NCBI GenBank assembly: GCA_045654165.1 | Contig: JAZOMV010000012.1 | Location: forward strand, 213-64,212 | Source of the DNA: Christensenellaceae bacterium | GTDB taxonomy: Bacteria > Bacillota > Clostridia > Christensenellales > Borkfalkiaceae | Direction: 5' to 3' | Length of the DNA: 64,000 nucleotides | Shown: positions 12,811 to 22,300 of the stretch, one piece after another | Numbering within the stretch: the first letter of the stretch is position 1 | Layout: the number at the start of each line of letters is the position of its first letter | Made by a program: the position numbers and the translations under genes | Notes under the pieces: model-generated | What the model was told of the DNA's origin: nothing | The model's database searches: none | The model's input: only the letters and a program-made list of their open reading frames with translations

Positions 12811-12936
12811 AAAAAAAACGGGTTGCTTTGCAAAAAACAACCCGAAAAATACACACAAATACGGAAATCCGTCTTGAAAAAGTATTGAGCCGAGCGATTT
12901 GTACCGTCGGCGAGAAGGGTTACTTCTGCTTTAAGC
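12811..12936 (-). promoter_or_regulatory. candidate L20 leader with terminator/attenuator hairpin upstream of infC
   Basis: About 175-nt leader between the promoter and the infC start. The minus strand has cgggttg-(12 nt)-caacccg followed by T8 (12844-12811). Further hairpins (gccga...tcggc, acgg-attt-ccgt) lie upstream. Position matches the L20-responsive leader of the Firmicute infC-rpmI-rplT operon, but I did not check it against a covariance model. Confidence 0.5.
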
Positions 12937-12942
12937 CTTATT

Positions 12943-12971
12943 ATAATACTACTTTTGTTCGCTCGTGTCAA
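12943..12971 (-). promoter_or_regulatory. sigma-A-type promoter of the infC operon
   Basis: Minus strand: TTGACA (12971-12966), 17 nt, TATTAT (12948-12943). Confidence 0.55.
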
Positions 12972-13002
12972 CTACTTTTGCGACTTTTTTAAACTTTTTA
13001 TC

Positions 13003-14106
13003 TTATTCTTCTACGATTACGGCGTTCATAGCAAAACGACGAACGGATTCTATTGCGCTAGTGCAAGAATCAAGCGTTTCGTAGGCTTCACCGATACAAA
13101 TTACCGATTTTTGAGCCGTGCGAAGTTTATAATAAAATCTACCAAACTTATCTTTATCTATAATAAAGTTACCTGCCGTAGCGTTTTTGGTTACCGATTC
13201 GATTGCCTTTTCAGCATTTTTTCTCATAGCAACTTCTTCGGTAGCAAGCATAAGTTGACCGTTTGACGCAAAAAGTTTTGCCGAAAATTTATCGTTTACA
13301 GTTTTTTCTATCTTCCACTTACCCTTTAAACCTTTCATAACCGTTTCTTCATCAAGTTTAACGGGGGTGTATTCAACGTAATGAGCGCCTTGCATTACTT
13401 CTGCAACGATAGGCGAATCTTTAGCAATGCGTTTTACCGATTCAACGGCCTTAAGACATTGATCTTCACTCTTGTAAATTTCGCCAACGCAAAGCAATCT
13501 ATTGCCTGCAGATTTTAATTTATAATAATGATTTTTATTCTTATCTTGATATATAACGAATTTACCCGTTTCAACGCCCTTTATAATGGTTTCTATACCA
13601 GAACGAGCACCTTCGTCTGACGAATAAACTTCACTACTCAACATAAGTTCGCCGTTAGACGCATGTAAACAAGATACGAATTCGTTATCGCTCTTTTGTT
13701 CAACTACCCATTTACCAAGCATCTTTTTAACGGGTTTTTCTTCTTTTTTAGGTTCTGCCTTTTTCGTCGTAGTCTTTTTAGCAGTTTCTTTTTTCACTAC
13801 GGGTTTTTCTTCAACAACGGGCTTAGTTTCTTCTAACTTAGCCTTTTCTTGTTCTTTAATTCTTTCTTGTTCTTTCTTTTGTTCAAGTTCTTTTTGGATC
13901 TTTTCTTTTGCAAGACGATCTTCTTCTGCCTTTTTAAGAGCAAGCGCTTTTGCTTTTTTCTTCTTAGAAGCGTTTACGCAAACGCCTACGATAATACCTA
14001 CTACGACTATAAGAACAAGTGCTAATGCGACGATACCCACAACCATAGGGTTATCAACTTTAATCCACCCACCTACAACCGAGCCTATTTTTTCAATAAA
14101 TTCCAT
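13003..14106 (-). CDS. membrane-anchored protein with K/E-rich linker and four DUF1508 (YegP-like) repeats
   Basis: N-terminal TM (VVGIVALALVLIVVVGIIVGVCV), then a roughly 90-aa K/E/P-rich low-complexity stretch. Two YegP-like modules follow, each made of two DUF1508-type repeats (F..L.ASNG.LM...E.Y.S......IESV; YYKL...N....C.GE.Y). Confidence 0.6.
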   Translation of the reverse strand: MEFIEKIGSVVGGWIKVDNPMVVGIVALALVLIVVVGIIVGVCVNASKKKKAKALALKKAEEDRLAKEKIQKELEQKKEQERIKEQEKAKLEETKPVVEEKPVVKKETAKKTTTKKAEPKKEEKPVKKMLGKWVVEQKSDNEFVSCLHASNGELMLSSEVYSSDEGARSGIETIIKGVETGKFVIYQDKNKNHYYKLKSAGNRLLCVGEIYKSEDQCLKAVESVKRIAKDSPIVAEVMQGAHYVEYTPVKLDEETVMKGLKGKWKIEKTVNDKFSAKLFASNGQLMLATEEVAMRKNAEKAIESVTKNATAGNFIIDKDKFGRFYYKLRTAQKSVICIGEAYETLDSCTSAIESVRRFAMNAVIVEE

Positions 14107-14126
14107 AATATTTTCTCCTTTCGTGA

Positions 14127-14969
14127 TTAGTCTACGTCGTTAAAATATAAAATGCCAAGCGTGTTTGCCCCACAATGGCTTGCGATAGTGCAACCTGCGT
14201 GCGTTTCGTATATGTTCTTAAACCCTGCTTCAATAAGGGCTTCTCTTGCAGCCGAAACCATTTCCGTAGTAGCAGTAGTGTAAGTAATAAACGCCATGCC
14301 AAGATCGGGTTTGTTAAACTCTTCAAGCACGTCTTGACAATATTTAGAAATTACCCTATCCATACTGCCACGATATTTTTTATCAGAACCCATCTTACCG
14401 TCTTTAACGACTATTCTGGGTCTAATCTTTAACACGTTTGCGCCAAGAAGTGCCATTGCGTTGCATCTACCACCTTTGTAAAGGTAATCTAAACGCTCAA
14501 CCACGAAACTTGCTTGAACTTTGCCCGTACGAGCCTGAACTAAGTTTTGAATTTCTTTAGGTTCAACGCCTTGATTAGCAAGTTCTCTTGCATAAATAGC
14601 AAGCAAACCGATCCCCGTAGAAAGGGTTAAACTATCCACAACGAAAACGTTGTCTACGCTATCCGACGCACGAAAAGCGTTCCCACAAGAAGAAGAAAGA
14701 CCACTAGAAAGACAAATATGTACTACTGCGTCAAATTCCTTTCTCAATTCTTGGAAGTATTCGGCATATTCGAATTCGTTAATAGCGTTGGTTTTAGGAA
14801 GAACGCCGTTCTTGTCAACGAAATCGAATAATTCTTCTGTGGAAATATCCCCGTCTTTAAGTTCTCTGTCTTTAAGAACGATACCGAAAGGAATAACTTT
14901 AATATCGTATTCGTTTATAAGTTCTTTAGTTAAGTCGTTAGTAGATTCAACTGATATTGCTATCTTCAT
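14127..14969 (-). CDS. DegV family fatty-acid-binding protein
   Basis: I prefer the start at MKIAISVESTNDL (GGAGAG SD). DegV-type pattern throughout. Confidence 0.85.
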   Translation of the reverse strand: MKIAISVESTNDLTKELINEYDIKVIPFGIVLKDRELKDGDISTEELFDFVDKNGVLPKTNAINEFEYAEYFQELRKEFDAVVHICLSSGLSSSCGNAFRASDSVDNVFVVDSLTLSTGIGLLAIYARELANQGVEPKEIQNLVQARTGKVQASFVVERLDYLYKGGRCNAMALLGANVLKIRPRIVVKDGKMGSDKKYRGSMDRVISKYCQDVLEEFNKPDLGMAFITYTTATTEMVSAAREALIEAGFKNIYETHAGCTIASHCGANTLGILYFNDVD

Positions 14970-15099
14970 AAATACTCTCCGAAAAAAAACAATCAAATTT
15001 AGTTTATAGTAATTTTATCATATTTTAAAAGATATCGCAACCGTTTTCGTAAATCCGTTAATCGCTTTTTTATTAAAATAAAAAAACCCACTCAAATAC

Positions 15100-15128
15100 T
15101 TGCTAAAAACCCTTAAAAAGTGTATCAT
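15100..15128 (+). promoter_or_regulatory. candidate promoter of aspS
   Basis: TTGCTA (15100-15105), 17 nt, TATCAT (15123-15128). It lies 31 nt upstream of the ATG, leaving room for the AGGAGA SD. Confidence 0.4.
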
Positions 15129-15159
15129 TATATATAGTTAACATTGTTTAGGAGATATT

Positions 15160-16497
15160 ATGGAAAAAATTAACGGAACTATTATTACGGACACCGTTGC
15201 TTTCAAAGACTTTAAAGACTACGACGGACAAGTGGTTACTATTTCCGGCTACGTTCACCGTATCCGTGAAATGACGGGGTTTTCTTTCGTCATTATTAGA
15301 ACTGCTCGTGATACCGTTCAATGCGTTTACGCTCCCGAATTTTCCGACTACCGTTGGGATGAAAAAATTTGCGAAGAAGCGTGCGTTAAAGTAACGGGTA
15401 AAGTCGTTTCTAGTAAAGACGCTAAGGGTAACGACAGATACGAACTTCAAATACACGATATTAAAATACTTTCTTTACCTGCTGAAGGTTTGCCTATCGT
15501 TATCAACAAAAAACAACTTGACAACATGCAACTTTCAACCGTTTTAGATCTTCGCCCCGTTTCTATGAGAAACCCGAAAGAACGTGCTATTTTCAAAGTG
15601 CAAGAAGGTATTGCTAGAGGGTTTAGAGAATTCCTTTCTCAAAACGGATTTACGGAAATTCGTTCGCCTAAAATCAACTTTGCAGGCGCAGAAGGTGGCA
15701 CTAACGTTTTCAAACTCGATTACTTCGGAAAGCAAGTTTATCTTGCTCAATCCCCACAGCTTTATAAGCAAGCGATGGTTGGCGTTTACGAAAGAGTGTT
15801 TGAAATCGCCCCCGTTTTCCGTGCCGAACACCACGACACTTCTCGCCACTTAAACGAATATACTTCTATGGACCTTGAAATGGGTTTCATCAATAGTTTT
15901 GAAGATATTATGAATATGGAAACGGGTGCGCTCAAGTACATCATGAATCTTCTCAAAACCGAATATAAAGACGAACTTGATCTTCTTCACGCAGATATTC
16001 CGGAAATCAACGAAATCCCCGTTATGAAGTTTATGGACGCAAAGGAACTTTTGATGACTAAGTTTAAATATAAACCGTCTGATATGAAAGACTTTGACCC
16101 TGCAGAAGAAGAACTTCTTGGCAAATACGCTAAAAAGGAACTTGGTAACGACTTTATCTTTATTACCCACTACCCGTCTAAAAAGCGCCCGTTCTACACT
16201 ATGGACGACCCTGCCGATCCCGAATACACCTTATCTTTCGACCTATTGTTCAGAGGTTTGGAAATCACTTCGGGTGGTCAACGTGTTCACGACTACAAAG
16301 AACAAGTTGAAAAGATGGTTAAGTGTGGTATGGATCCAGAACAGTTTGAAACCTACCTTATGCTTCACAAATACGGTGCGCCACCCCACGGTGGTTTAGG
16401 TATCGGTCTTGAAAGACTTACCATGCACCTTTTAGGTTTTAAGAACGTTCGTGAATCTACAATGTTCCCCCGTGACATCAACCGTGTTACACCGTAA
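15160..16497 (+). CDS. aspS: aspartate--tRNA ligase, archaeal/eukaryotic (type 2) form
   Basis: Class IIb synthetase of about 445 aa with an N-terminal OB fold, motif 2 FRAE and motif 3 GGLGIGLERL. The C-terminal FPRDINRVTP matches type-2 AspRS rather than AsnRS. Confidence 0.7.
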   Translation: MEKINGTIITDTVAFKDFKDYDGQVVTISGYVHRIREMTGFSFVIIRTARDTVQCVYAPEFSDYRWDEKICEEACVKVTGKVVSSKDAKGNDRYELQIHDIKILSLPAEGLPIVINKKQLDNMQLSTVLDLRPVSMRNPKERAIFKVQEGIARGFREFLSQNGFTEIRSPKINFAGAEGGTNVFKLDYFGKQVYLAQSPQLYKQAMVGVYERVFEIAPVFRAEHHDTSRHLNEYTSMDLEMGFINSFEDIMNMETGALKYIMNLLKTEYKDELDLLHADIPEINEIPVMKFMDAKELLMTKFKYKPSDMKDFDPAEEELLGKYAKKELGNDFIFITHYPSKKRPFYTMDDPADPEYTLSFDLLFRGLEITSGGQRVHDYKEQVEKMVKCGMDPEQFETYLMLHKYGAPPHGGLGIGLERLTMHLLGFKNVRESTMFPRDINRVTP

Positions 16498-16507
16498 AAT
16501 TTAAAAA

Positions 16508-16542
16508 CTAAAATCGCTCTCTTTTTTGAGAGCGATTTTTTT
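16508..16542. terminator. bidirectional intrinsic terminator (aspS / convergent oxidoreductase gene)
   Basis: aaatcgctctc-ttttt-gagagcgattt followed by a T-run. Confidence 0.8.
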
Positions 16543-17824
16543 ATATCTTTACCGTTTCGCCAAGTTTTCTTGACCGTTCTGCGCCGAACACTACCTTGTG
16601 CCCGTTCACCGAATCACTTATAGACGTTATAGACACCGAACTCTTATCCCCGTTAAGATAAGCAACTAATTCGTTCATTATCGCAAAGTCCCCACCGGCG
16701 TGCCCCGAATAGTCGTGGCTTGCAACGATTTGTTCGTTTACGTCAATCATCTTTTCGTTATAGCCGAAGTTTTTGCCCGACCTATCGAATTCACGAAGAA
16801 TAAACTTGCCTTCTTCTAAATGCCCTTCTATCTCACCGTGCGTGCCTACGATATGAATATATCTACCGGCTTTACTAGTTCCACCAACCATTGTGAACGA
16901 AACCAACGACCCGTTTTCAAACTCAACTGAAAGCGATTGTCTATCGACGATATCCCCACCGTTAGTGTAAACGCACTTGCCGTACTCTGAACTCTTTAAG
17001 TCTTCTTCTTTTTCTTGGTAGGTGATCGTTTGATACGGCTTACCTAAATGCATCCAAGTTTGAAAGGGCATTAAGTCTAGCTCTAAATGAATTTTTTGCG
17101 CTGAATACAAACACTCTTGATTATTCGGGCAGTTATAACAATATTCGGTTGCGCCGTCGGGTGCGTTTTCTTTTACGAACAACGCACGCCTACCCACGCT
17201 AGTTACCTTTACGGGTACGGACGAATTGTTTAGCCAACACATAAGATCGGTATCGTGGCAAGATTTAGAAAGCAAAAAGCCCGAACCACATTGACTTTCT
17301 TTAGACCATTTACCACGCACGAACGAATCTACAAAATGTGCGATCCAAACGTGTTCGTTCATTTCTATCGTGATTATCTTGCCTATTTTGTTTTGATTGA
17401 TTAAAGTTTTAATCGTCTTATAAAAAGGCGTATATCTTAAAACGTGACAAACGAAAACGTTTACGCCTTTTTCGGTCGCCTTGCGTTCTATCTCTAAAAG
17501 TTTTTCTAGGTCGTTGGTGATAGGCTTTTCTAAAAGCATGTCGTAACCTGCTTCTATAACCTTTATTGCCGTTTGGTAATGCATTTGATCCATTGTTGCG
17601 TTAATAACCAAATCGGCTTTTATTCCCAAAGCCAAAAAATCATCTAAACTGTTAAAAACCTTATCGTCGGATAAGCCGTATCTTTTCTTTGCGTTTTCTC
17701 GGTTTACTAAATCGACTTCAACAACGGAAACGACTTCCATTTCTTCTGGGCGAGCCAACGCATAATCGGCGTATACGCAACCACGATTCCCTGCACCAAG
17801 CAAAACGACTTTAATTTTTTTCAT
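16541..17824 (-). CDS. Gfo/Idh/MocA family oxidoreductase
   Basis: N-terminal Rossmann MKKIKVVLLGAGNRG and the EKP motif (LLEKPI). Confidence 0.8.
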   Translation of the reverse strand: MKKIKVVLLGAGNRGCVYADYALARPEEMEVVSVVEVDLVNRENAKKRYGLSDDKVFNSLDDFLALGIKADLVINATMDQMHYQTAIKVIEAGYDMLLEKPITNDLEKLLEIERKATEKGVNVFVCHVLRYTPFYKTIKTLINQNKIGKIITIEMNEHVWIAHFVDSFVRGKWSKESQCGSGFLLSKSCHDTDLMCWLNNSSVPVKVTSVGRRALFVKENAPDGATEYCYNCPNNQECLYSAQKIHLELDLMPFQTWMHLGKPYQTITYQEKEEDLKSSEYGKCVYTNGGDIVDRQSLSVEFENGSLVSFTMVGGTSKAGRYIHIVGTHGEIEGHLEEGKFILREFDRSGKNFGYNEKMIDVNEQIVASHDYSGHAGGDFAIMNELVAYLNGDKSSVSITSISDSVNGHKVVFGAERSRKLGETVKI

Positions 17825-17921
17825 AGCCTTTCATCCTAAAATTTTTTCAAGTATATATTAGCACAAGCAACTTTCTTTTAACATTGCCCAAAATCGCTTA
17901 AAAATTGTTTTTTCCGTTTAT

Positions 17922-18203
17922 TTAGATTTTTATTATTAACCCGTAAAAAATATAATCCACCCCGTTCTCTGTTAAAATCTCATCTGCCGAAACGGAAAAC
18001 TTTTCAGACAAAGACAAAGGTGTGTCGAAAGGTTGAACGGTGTAAGTTCGACAATCCACCTTATCGATAACAAGCAAATCGCCACCCGAAATTTCCGTTG
18101 ATAAATTATTGTCTTTTATAATTTTAATAGGTGGAATATTAAAGCGTTTTGATAGTGACGACACGGTGTCTAACGGTTGCACCCGATAAAAAAATTTACT
18201 CAT
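17922..18203 (-). CDS. small protein with two LysM domains and no signal peptide
   Basis: Two LysM-like repeats (YRVQPLDTVSSLSKRFNIP...; YTVQPFDTPLSLSEKFSVS...). Confidence 0.65.
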   Translation of the reverse strand: MSKFFYRVQPLDTVSSLSKRFNIPPIKIIKDNNLSTEISGGDLLVIDKVDCRTYTVQPFDTPLSLSEKFSVSADEILTENGVDYIFYGLIIKI

Positions 18204-18270
18204 AGTATATGATATTTAATTAACCTTACGAATAGAATACATATATATATTTTAATTAGTAGGTGTAATT

Positions 18271-19806
18271 TTGCGTAACTTTTTCAAAACGGTGGCAATC
18301 GTAACGGTGTTTTCTATAAGTGAAAAAGCACTTGGCTTTTTATACAGAATATTTTTATCGCACACTATCGGTGCAGAAGGGATAGGGCTTTATCAAGTTG
18401 CCCTTTCGGTTTTCGGCACGGTGCTCACTCTTACCACGGCAGGCACACCCGTAACCGTTTCTAGGTTAATGACTAAATACAATGCAGAAAACCAGCCGGA
18501 CAGAGCTAAAAAAGTAATTACTGCAGGCATAACTTTCACCCTTTCAGTCATTATCCCCGTAACGGCAGTATTGTTCTTGTTTTCTTCTAATCTTGGGTTT
18601 TTGTTCGCCGATAAAAGATGTATTCCCATTTTTAGAACGCTATTACCCGGTCTTATCTTTACTTCTATTTACGCCGTTTTGCGTGGGGTGTTTTGGGGAA
18701 GCAAAGACTTTTTACCGTATAGCATCATAGAACTACTTGAAGAAGCGTGTATGATCTTGGTCGGCATTGCCCTAGTAACAACTTCTTCTAGTATATACGC
18801 AGGGGCAATGAGTGCTAGTATCGCCGTTTTGGTATCGTATATTTTTTCTTTCTCGCTAGCGATAGCCGTTTTCTTTTTAAGAAAAAACAAATTCGCCAAC
18901 CCGAAAACCGAATTCAAACCGTTATTGCGTTCTGCCGTGCCGATTACGGCAATGCGCTCTGCAAGTTCTTTAGCCGTTTCGTTAGTTTCTATCATTTTAC
19001 CTGCTAGACTAATCGCTTCAGGGCTAACCGAAACGCAAGCAATGAGTTCGTTTGGCGCAATTATGGGGCAGGCTATTCCATTATTATTTATCCCCACCAC
19101 CTTGATAGGTTCTTTCACTTTGGTTTTAGTGCCGGAAATATCCGAAAACTATTATAAAAAACGCCACTACTACTTAAAGCGTGACGTGGAAAAAGCCGTA
19201 AAATTCGCAACCTTTTTAACTGCGTTGTTCGTGCCCGTTTTCACCGTTTGTGGTAGCGAATTAGGTATTTTGATATTTAACGGGCAAGAGTGTGGAAAGT
19301 ATCTTTCGGCATCTGCATTTTTAATGCTGTTTATGAGTTTATCTTCTATAACTACTAGCATGCTTAATTCTATGGGTTTAGAAAATAAAACCTTGCTTTA
19401 TTTTGTTTTCAGTTCGGTTTTAATGCTTGCTTGCATTTGGTTTTTACCATCAGTAATGGGTGTTTACGCTTTACTCGTAGGCTTTTCTTTGGTATACGGA
19501 CTTACGACCGTGCTAAATTCACGCTTACTTAGTAAGCGTTGCCAAATAAAGCCCGAATACTTAAAATTTTTGTTTTGGGCAATAGCGTTAATCATACCAA
19601 CCACGCTTTTAGGCTTTATGCTAGAAAAACTTTTACTTTCTAGCCTTGGCACTCTTGTTACGCTTTTAATTTGCACGGGGGCAATGCTCGTCTTTAACGC
19701 ATTGCTATACCCTTGTTTTAATCTCGTATCGTTTAACTTTTTAAGAACTAAAAGCAAAGCGTTTTTTGCCCGTAATAACAAGCGCACGAAAGCAACGGTA
19801 AAATAA
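18271..19806 (+). CDS. MOP-superfamily polysaccharide/lipid-II flippase (SpoVB/MurJ-like), TTG start
   Basis: About 14 predicted TM helices. N-terminus ...KALGFLYRIFLSHTIGAEGIGLYQVA is typical of the SpoVB/Wzx-like family. TTG at 18271 sits behind an AGGTG SD. Confidence 0.7.
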   Translation: MRNFFKTVAIVTVFSISEKALGFLYRIFLSHTIGAEGIGLYQVALSVFGTVLTLTTAGTPVTVSRLMTKYNAENQPDRAKKVITAGITFTLSVIIPVTAVLFLFSSNLGFLFADKRCIPIFRTLLPGLIFTSIYAVLRGVFWGSKDFLPYSIIELLEEACMILVGIALVTTSSSIYAGAMSASIAVLVSYIFSFSLAIAVFFLRKNKFANPKTEFKPLLRSAVPITAMRSASSLAVSLVSIILPARLIASGLTETQAMSSFGAIMGQAIPLLFIPTTLIGSFTLVLVPEISENYYKKRHYYLKRDVEKAVKFATFLTALFVPVFTVCGSELGILIFNGQECGKYLSASAFLMLFMSLSSITTSMLNSMGLENKTLLYFVFSSVLMLACIWFLPSVMGVYALLVGFSLVYGLTTVLNSRLLSKRCQIKPEYLKFLFWAIALIIPTTLLGFMLEKLLLSSLGTLVTLLICTGAMLVFNALLYPCFNLVSFNFLRTKSKAFFARNNKRTKATVK

Positions 19807-19816
19807 TTTAAACAAC

Positions 19817-19842
19817 AAAAAACGCTCTTTCGAGCGTTTTTT
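19817..19842. terminator. bidirectional intrinsic terminator
   Basis: aaaaacgctc-tttc-gagcgttttt. Confidence 0.8.
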
Positions 19843-19843
19843 G

Positions 19844-21013
19844 TTAATAACACAATTCAAATATCTCTTTGATTTCTTCGTAGCCAAGTGGAATATAACT
19901 CTTAACCGTTCTAGTCTTTCCGTAAGTACATCTATCTGCAAGCAAGCCTAAACTTTCTTTAGGTATATCGTAATCGCTAATTTTAGTTGGCATATTAAGG
20001 CTTGCAAAATATTTTGACATTTCGTCTATCCCCTTAACGCAAGCAGTTTGGTCGTTTTCTTCAACCACACCCCAAACGTTTCTTGCAAACTGCGCAAACC
20101 TTTTTTCGTTATATTTATAAATAAACTTTGCCCAAGCAGGAAATAGTATTGCAAGTCCTGCGCCGTGCGCAACGAAATCGTATTCCCCACTCAAAGCGTG
20201 CTCTAACTGATGCACGGCAAGATAATTTTCTCTACCACAACCCGTAAGCCCGTTATGTGAAAGGCTTGAAGCCCACATTATATCTGCTCTTGCTTGATAA
20301 TCTTTGGGGTTTTGCATAAGCGTTTTGCCTGCGTTTATAACCGAACGCAAAAGACTTTCTGCTATTCCGTCGGTAAGGGGCGTATCTTCGCATACGGTAA
20401 AATATCTTTCCATAGTATGCGCCATAATATCCACAACCCCACACGCAGTTTGGTATTCGCCTAGTGTATAGGAAAGTTCGGGGTTCATTATTGCAAACTT
20501 ACATCTGTTTAGTTCGGTAGTGCAACCTTTTTTAATATTAAGTTCTTGGTTTGTAACAACGGCTGAATTACTCATTTCGCTACCTGCCGCAGCGATAGTC
20601 AATATACAACCTACGGGAAGTGCATCTACGGGTTTTTCTTTTCCCATAGCAAAATCCCACACGTCAATATCAGTTTTTGCGCCGAGCGCAGTATATTTAG
20701 AAGAATCTAGCGCGCTACCACCACCAACGGCAAGGATCATTTCTACCTTTTCTTTTTTGGCTACCTTTATAGCATCTCTAATGAAAGAAAGTTTGGGGTT
20801 GGGTTCAACGCCACCCATTTCAACCACTTCTATTCCCTCGTTTGAAAGGGCGTTAATAACGATATCGTAAAGTCCACTCTTTTTAATACTTCCTTTACCA
20901 TACTGCATCATAATCTTTTTGTAGCCGTAGCCTTTAATAATTTTGCCTACTTCTTTTTCTTTGTCTTTACCGAAATATACGGTAGTGGGGGTATTATACG
21001 AAAAATCTAACAT
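19844..21013 (-). CDS. iron-containing (group III) alcohol dehydrogenase, butanol-DH/YqhD-like
   Basis: I prefer the start at MLDFSYNTPTTVYFGKDKE (Met32 of the track ORF), because the upstream extension overlaps the preceding gene. GGGSALD motif and His-rich metal site (HQLEH...H). Confidence 0.85.
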   Translation of the reverse strand: MLDFSYNTPTTVYFGKDKEKEVGKIIKGYGYKKIMMQYGKGSIKKSGLYDIVINALSNEGIEVVEMGGVEPNPKLSFIRDAIKVAKKEKVEMILAVGGGSALDSSKYTALGAKTDIDVWDFAMGKEKPVDALPVGCILTIAAAGSEMSNSAVVTNQELNIKKGCTTELNRCKFAIMNPELSYTLGEYQTACGVVDIMAHTMERYFTVCEDTPLTDGIAESLLRSVINAGKTLMQNPKDYQARADIMWASSLSHNGLTGCGRENYLAVHQLEHALSGEYDFVAHGAGLAILFPAWAKFIYKYNEKRFAQFARNVWGVVEENDQTACVKGIDEMSKYFASLNMPTKISDYDIPKESLGLLADRCTYGKTRTVKSYIPLGYEEIKEIFELCY

Positions 21014-21014
21014 A

Positions 21015-22181
21015 TTATAACTCCGGATATCTTTTTTTAAGTAGTGCAAACAACTCGTCTGCAACCTTTTCTGCACCGTTTTCTGGGCGAACGGAAAAAT
21101 CTGCAAGCAAACCGTTTAAATACCCGTTTTGCTCACTATCTTTCTTAACTAATTCCACAACCTTTTTTGCATTGTGTTCTCTAATAGCAAACTTTTCTTT
21201 TACTGCGTATTTTGCGGCTTCACTTTCTAGCCTACTTGATTCACTAAAAATAATTAAAGGCGTCTCACAATATTTACATTCCATATTAGTATTAGACCCG
21301 GACTTTCCTATTACACAATTTGATGCCATCATATATTCGTTAAGGTTATCCACGAATCCTAACGGAATAATCTTCGTTTTTCCCGTGGCTTTTTGAGCAA
21401 TATCCGACATTGATTTATACATCTCTTGATTTTTGCCACACACGATAACGAATTCCATTTCTATATCGGCTTTAACCAAAGCACTAATAAGTTTTTCCGT
21501 ACCCTTAGTCCCGTAAGCACCGGCAGTATATAAAAGCACGTACCCGTCTTTTTTAAGCCCTAATTTTTCACGGGCAGTTTGCCTGTCAATATAGTTTTCT
21601 ATAATTTCCTTTCTATAAACGAAAGGCACTACTTTAACGACTTCTTCTTTATACCCACGCTTAATCGCTTGTTTTTTAGCAGGTTCATTGGTAACAAAAA
21701 GCACGTCGCAATGCCTATCCCAAGCAGGATAAATGTAGGTGTCTGGAGAATAAGAAACAAGTATGCTATCCGTTATCCCCTTTCTATTCGCTTGATAAGC
21801 AAGGTGAGTTGGCAAATAATAAGTGGAAAATACCAAATCGGCGTTAATTTCTTCTAAATCGTAAAAGAATTCTTTTCTACCTTTACCAAACGCTCTGTCC
21901 AACCAAAAAAGCATAAACCTTGACGGAAACTCGTAAGAAATACTTTCAAGCACTCTATAAACCTTGCTATTGCCAAGTTTTTTAGGGTGCCCGTCTTGCA
22001 TTGCACCCATCTTATTAACGGCTTTACTTTTGCTTTCTTTAAAAACGTAAGAACGAACGACTTCTACTTTATCGCCGTATTTTCTTTCAAATACATCAGC
22101 AATCGCTGTTTCGGGAATTATATGCCCCATGCCTGCTTCTACGAAAGAAAACAGCGCTTTGGGTTTAAGTTTTTCTACCAT
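21015..22181 (-). CDS. GT28-type glycosyltransferase, MGDG-synthase/UgtP-like (glycolipid synthase)
   Basis: N-terminal G-loop AGMGHI. C-terminal GT28-like region (IGKSGSNTNMEC...). Overall similarity to diacylglycerol glycosyltransferases, judged by eye. Confidence 0.6.
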   Translation of the reverse strand: MVEKLKPKALFSFVEAGMGHIIPETAIADVFERKYGDKVEVVRSYVFKESKSKAVNKMGAMQDGHPKKLGNSKVYRVLESISYEFPSRFMLFWLDRAFGKGRKEFFYDLEEINADLVFSTYYLPTHLAYQANRKGITDSILVSYSPDTYIYPAWDRHCDVLFVTNEPAKKQAIKRGYKEEVVKVVPFVYRKEIIENYIDRQTAREKLGLKKDGYVLLYTAGAYGTKGTEKLISALVKADIEMEFVIVCGKNQEMYKSMSDIAQKATGKTKIIPLGFVDNLNEYMMASNCVIGKSGSNTNMECKYCETPLIIFSESSRLESEAAKYAVKEKFAIREHNAKKVVELVKKDSEQNGYLNGLLADFSVRPENGAEKVADELFALLKKRYPEL

Positions 22182-22206
22182 ACTGCAACCTTTAGTTTTT
22201 TATTTT

Positions 22207-22235
22207 AGTTTACCTTAGGTTAGCCCTTTTGTCAA
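22207..22235 (-). promoter_or_regulatory. promoter of the GT28-ADH operon
   Basis: Minus strand: TTGACA (22235-22230), 17 nt, TAAACT (22212-22207). Confidence 0.5.
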
Positions 22236-22263
22236 GTCATTTAGACAAAAACGACTTTTTCCG

Positions 22264-22292
22264 TTGACATTTATATATTTTAATAATATAAT
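22264..22292 (+). promoter_or_regulatory. consensus promoter directly abutting the UPF0104 gene start
   Basis: TTGACA (22264-22269), exactly 17 nt, TATAAT (22287-22292). The ATG at 22301 is only 8 nt beyond the -10 box and has no SD. Confidence 0.6.
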
Positions 22293-22300
22293 GATATAGT

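Noticed and set aside
14997-15159. Possible T-box leader upstream of aspS.
   Set aside because: Only about 160 nt are available and a promoter takes up part of it. There is no T-box consensus-like sequence and no terminator/antiterminator pair. The predicted leader is only about 25 nt.
21014-21106. N-terminal extension of the alcohol dehydrogenase ORF (track start 21106), overlapping the GT28 gene by 92 nt.
   Set aside because: The conserved Fe-ADH N-terminus begins at MLDFSYNTPT (ATG at 21013). The extension has no homology-like features and would overlap the upstream gene's C-terminus.
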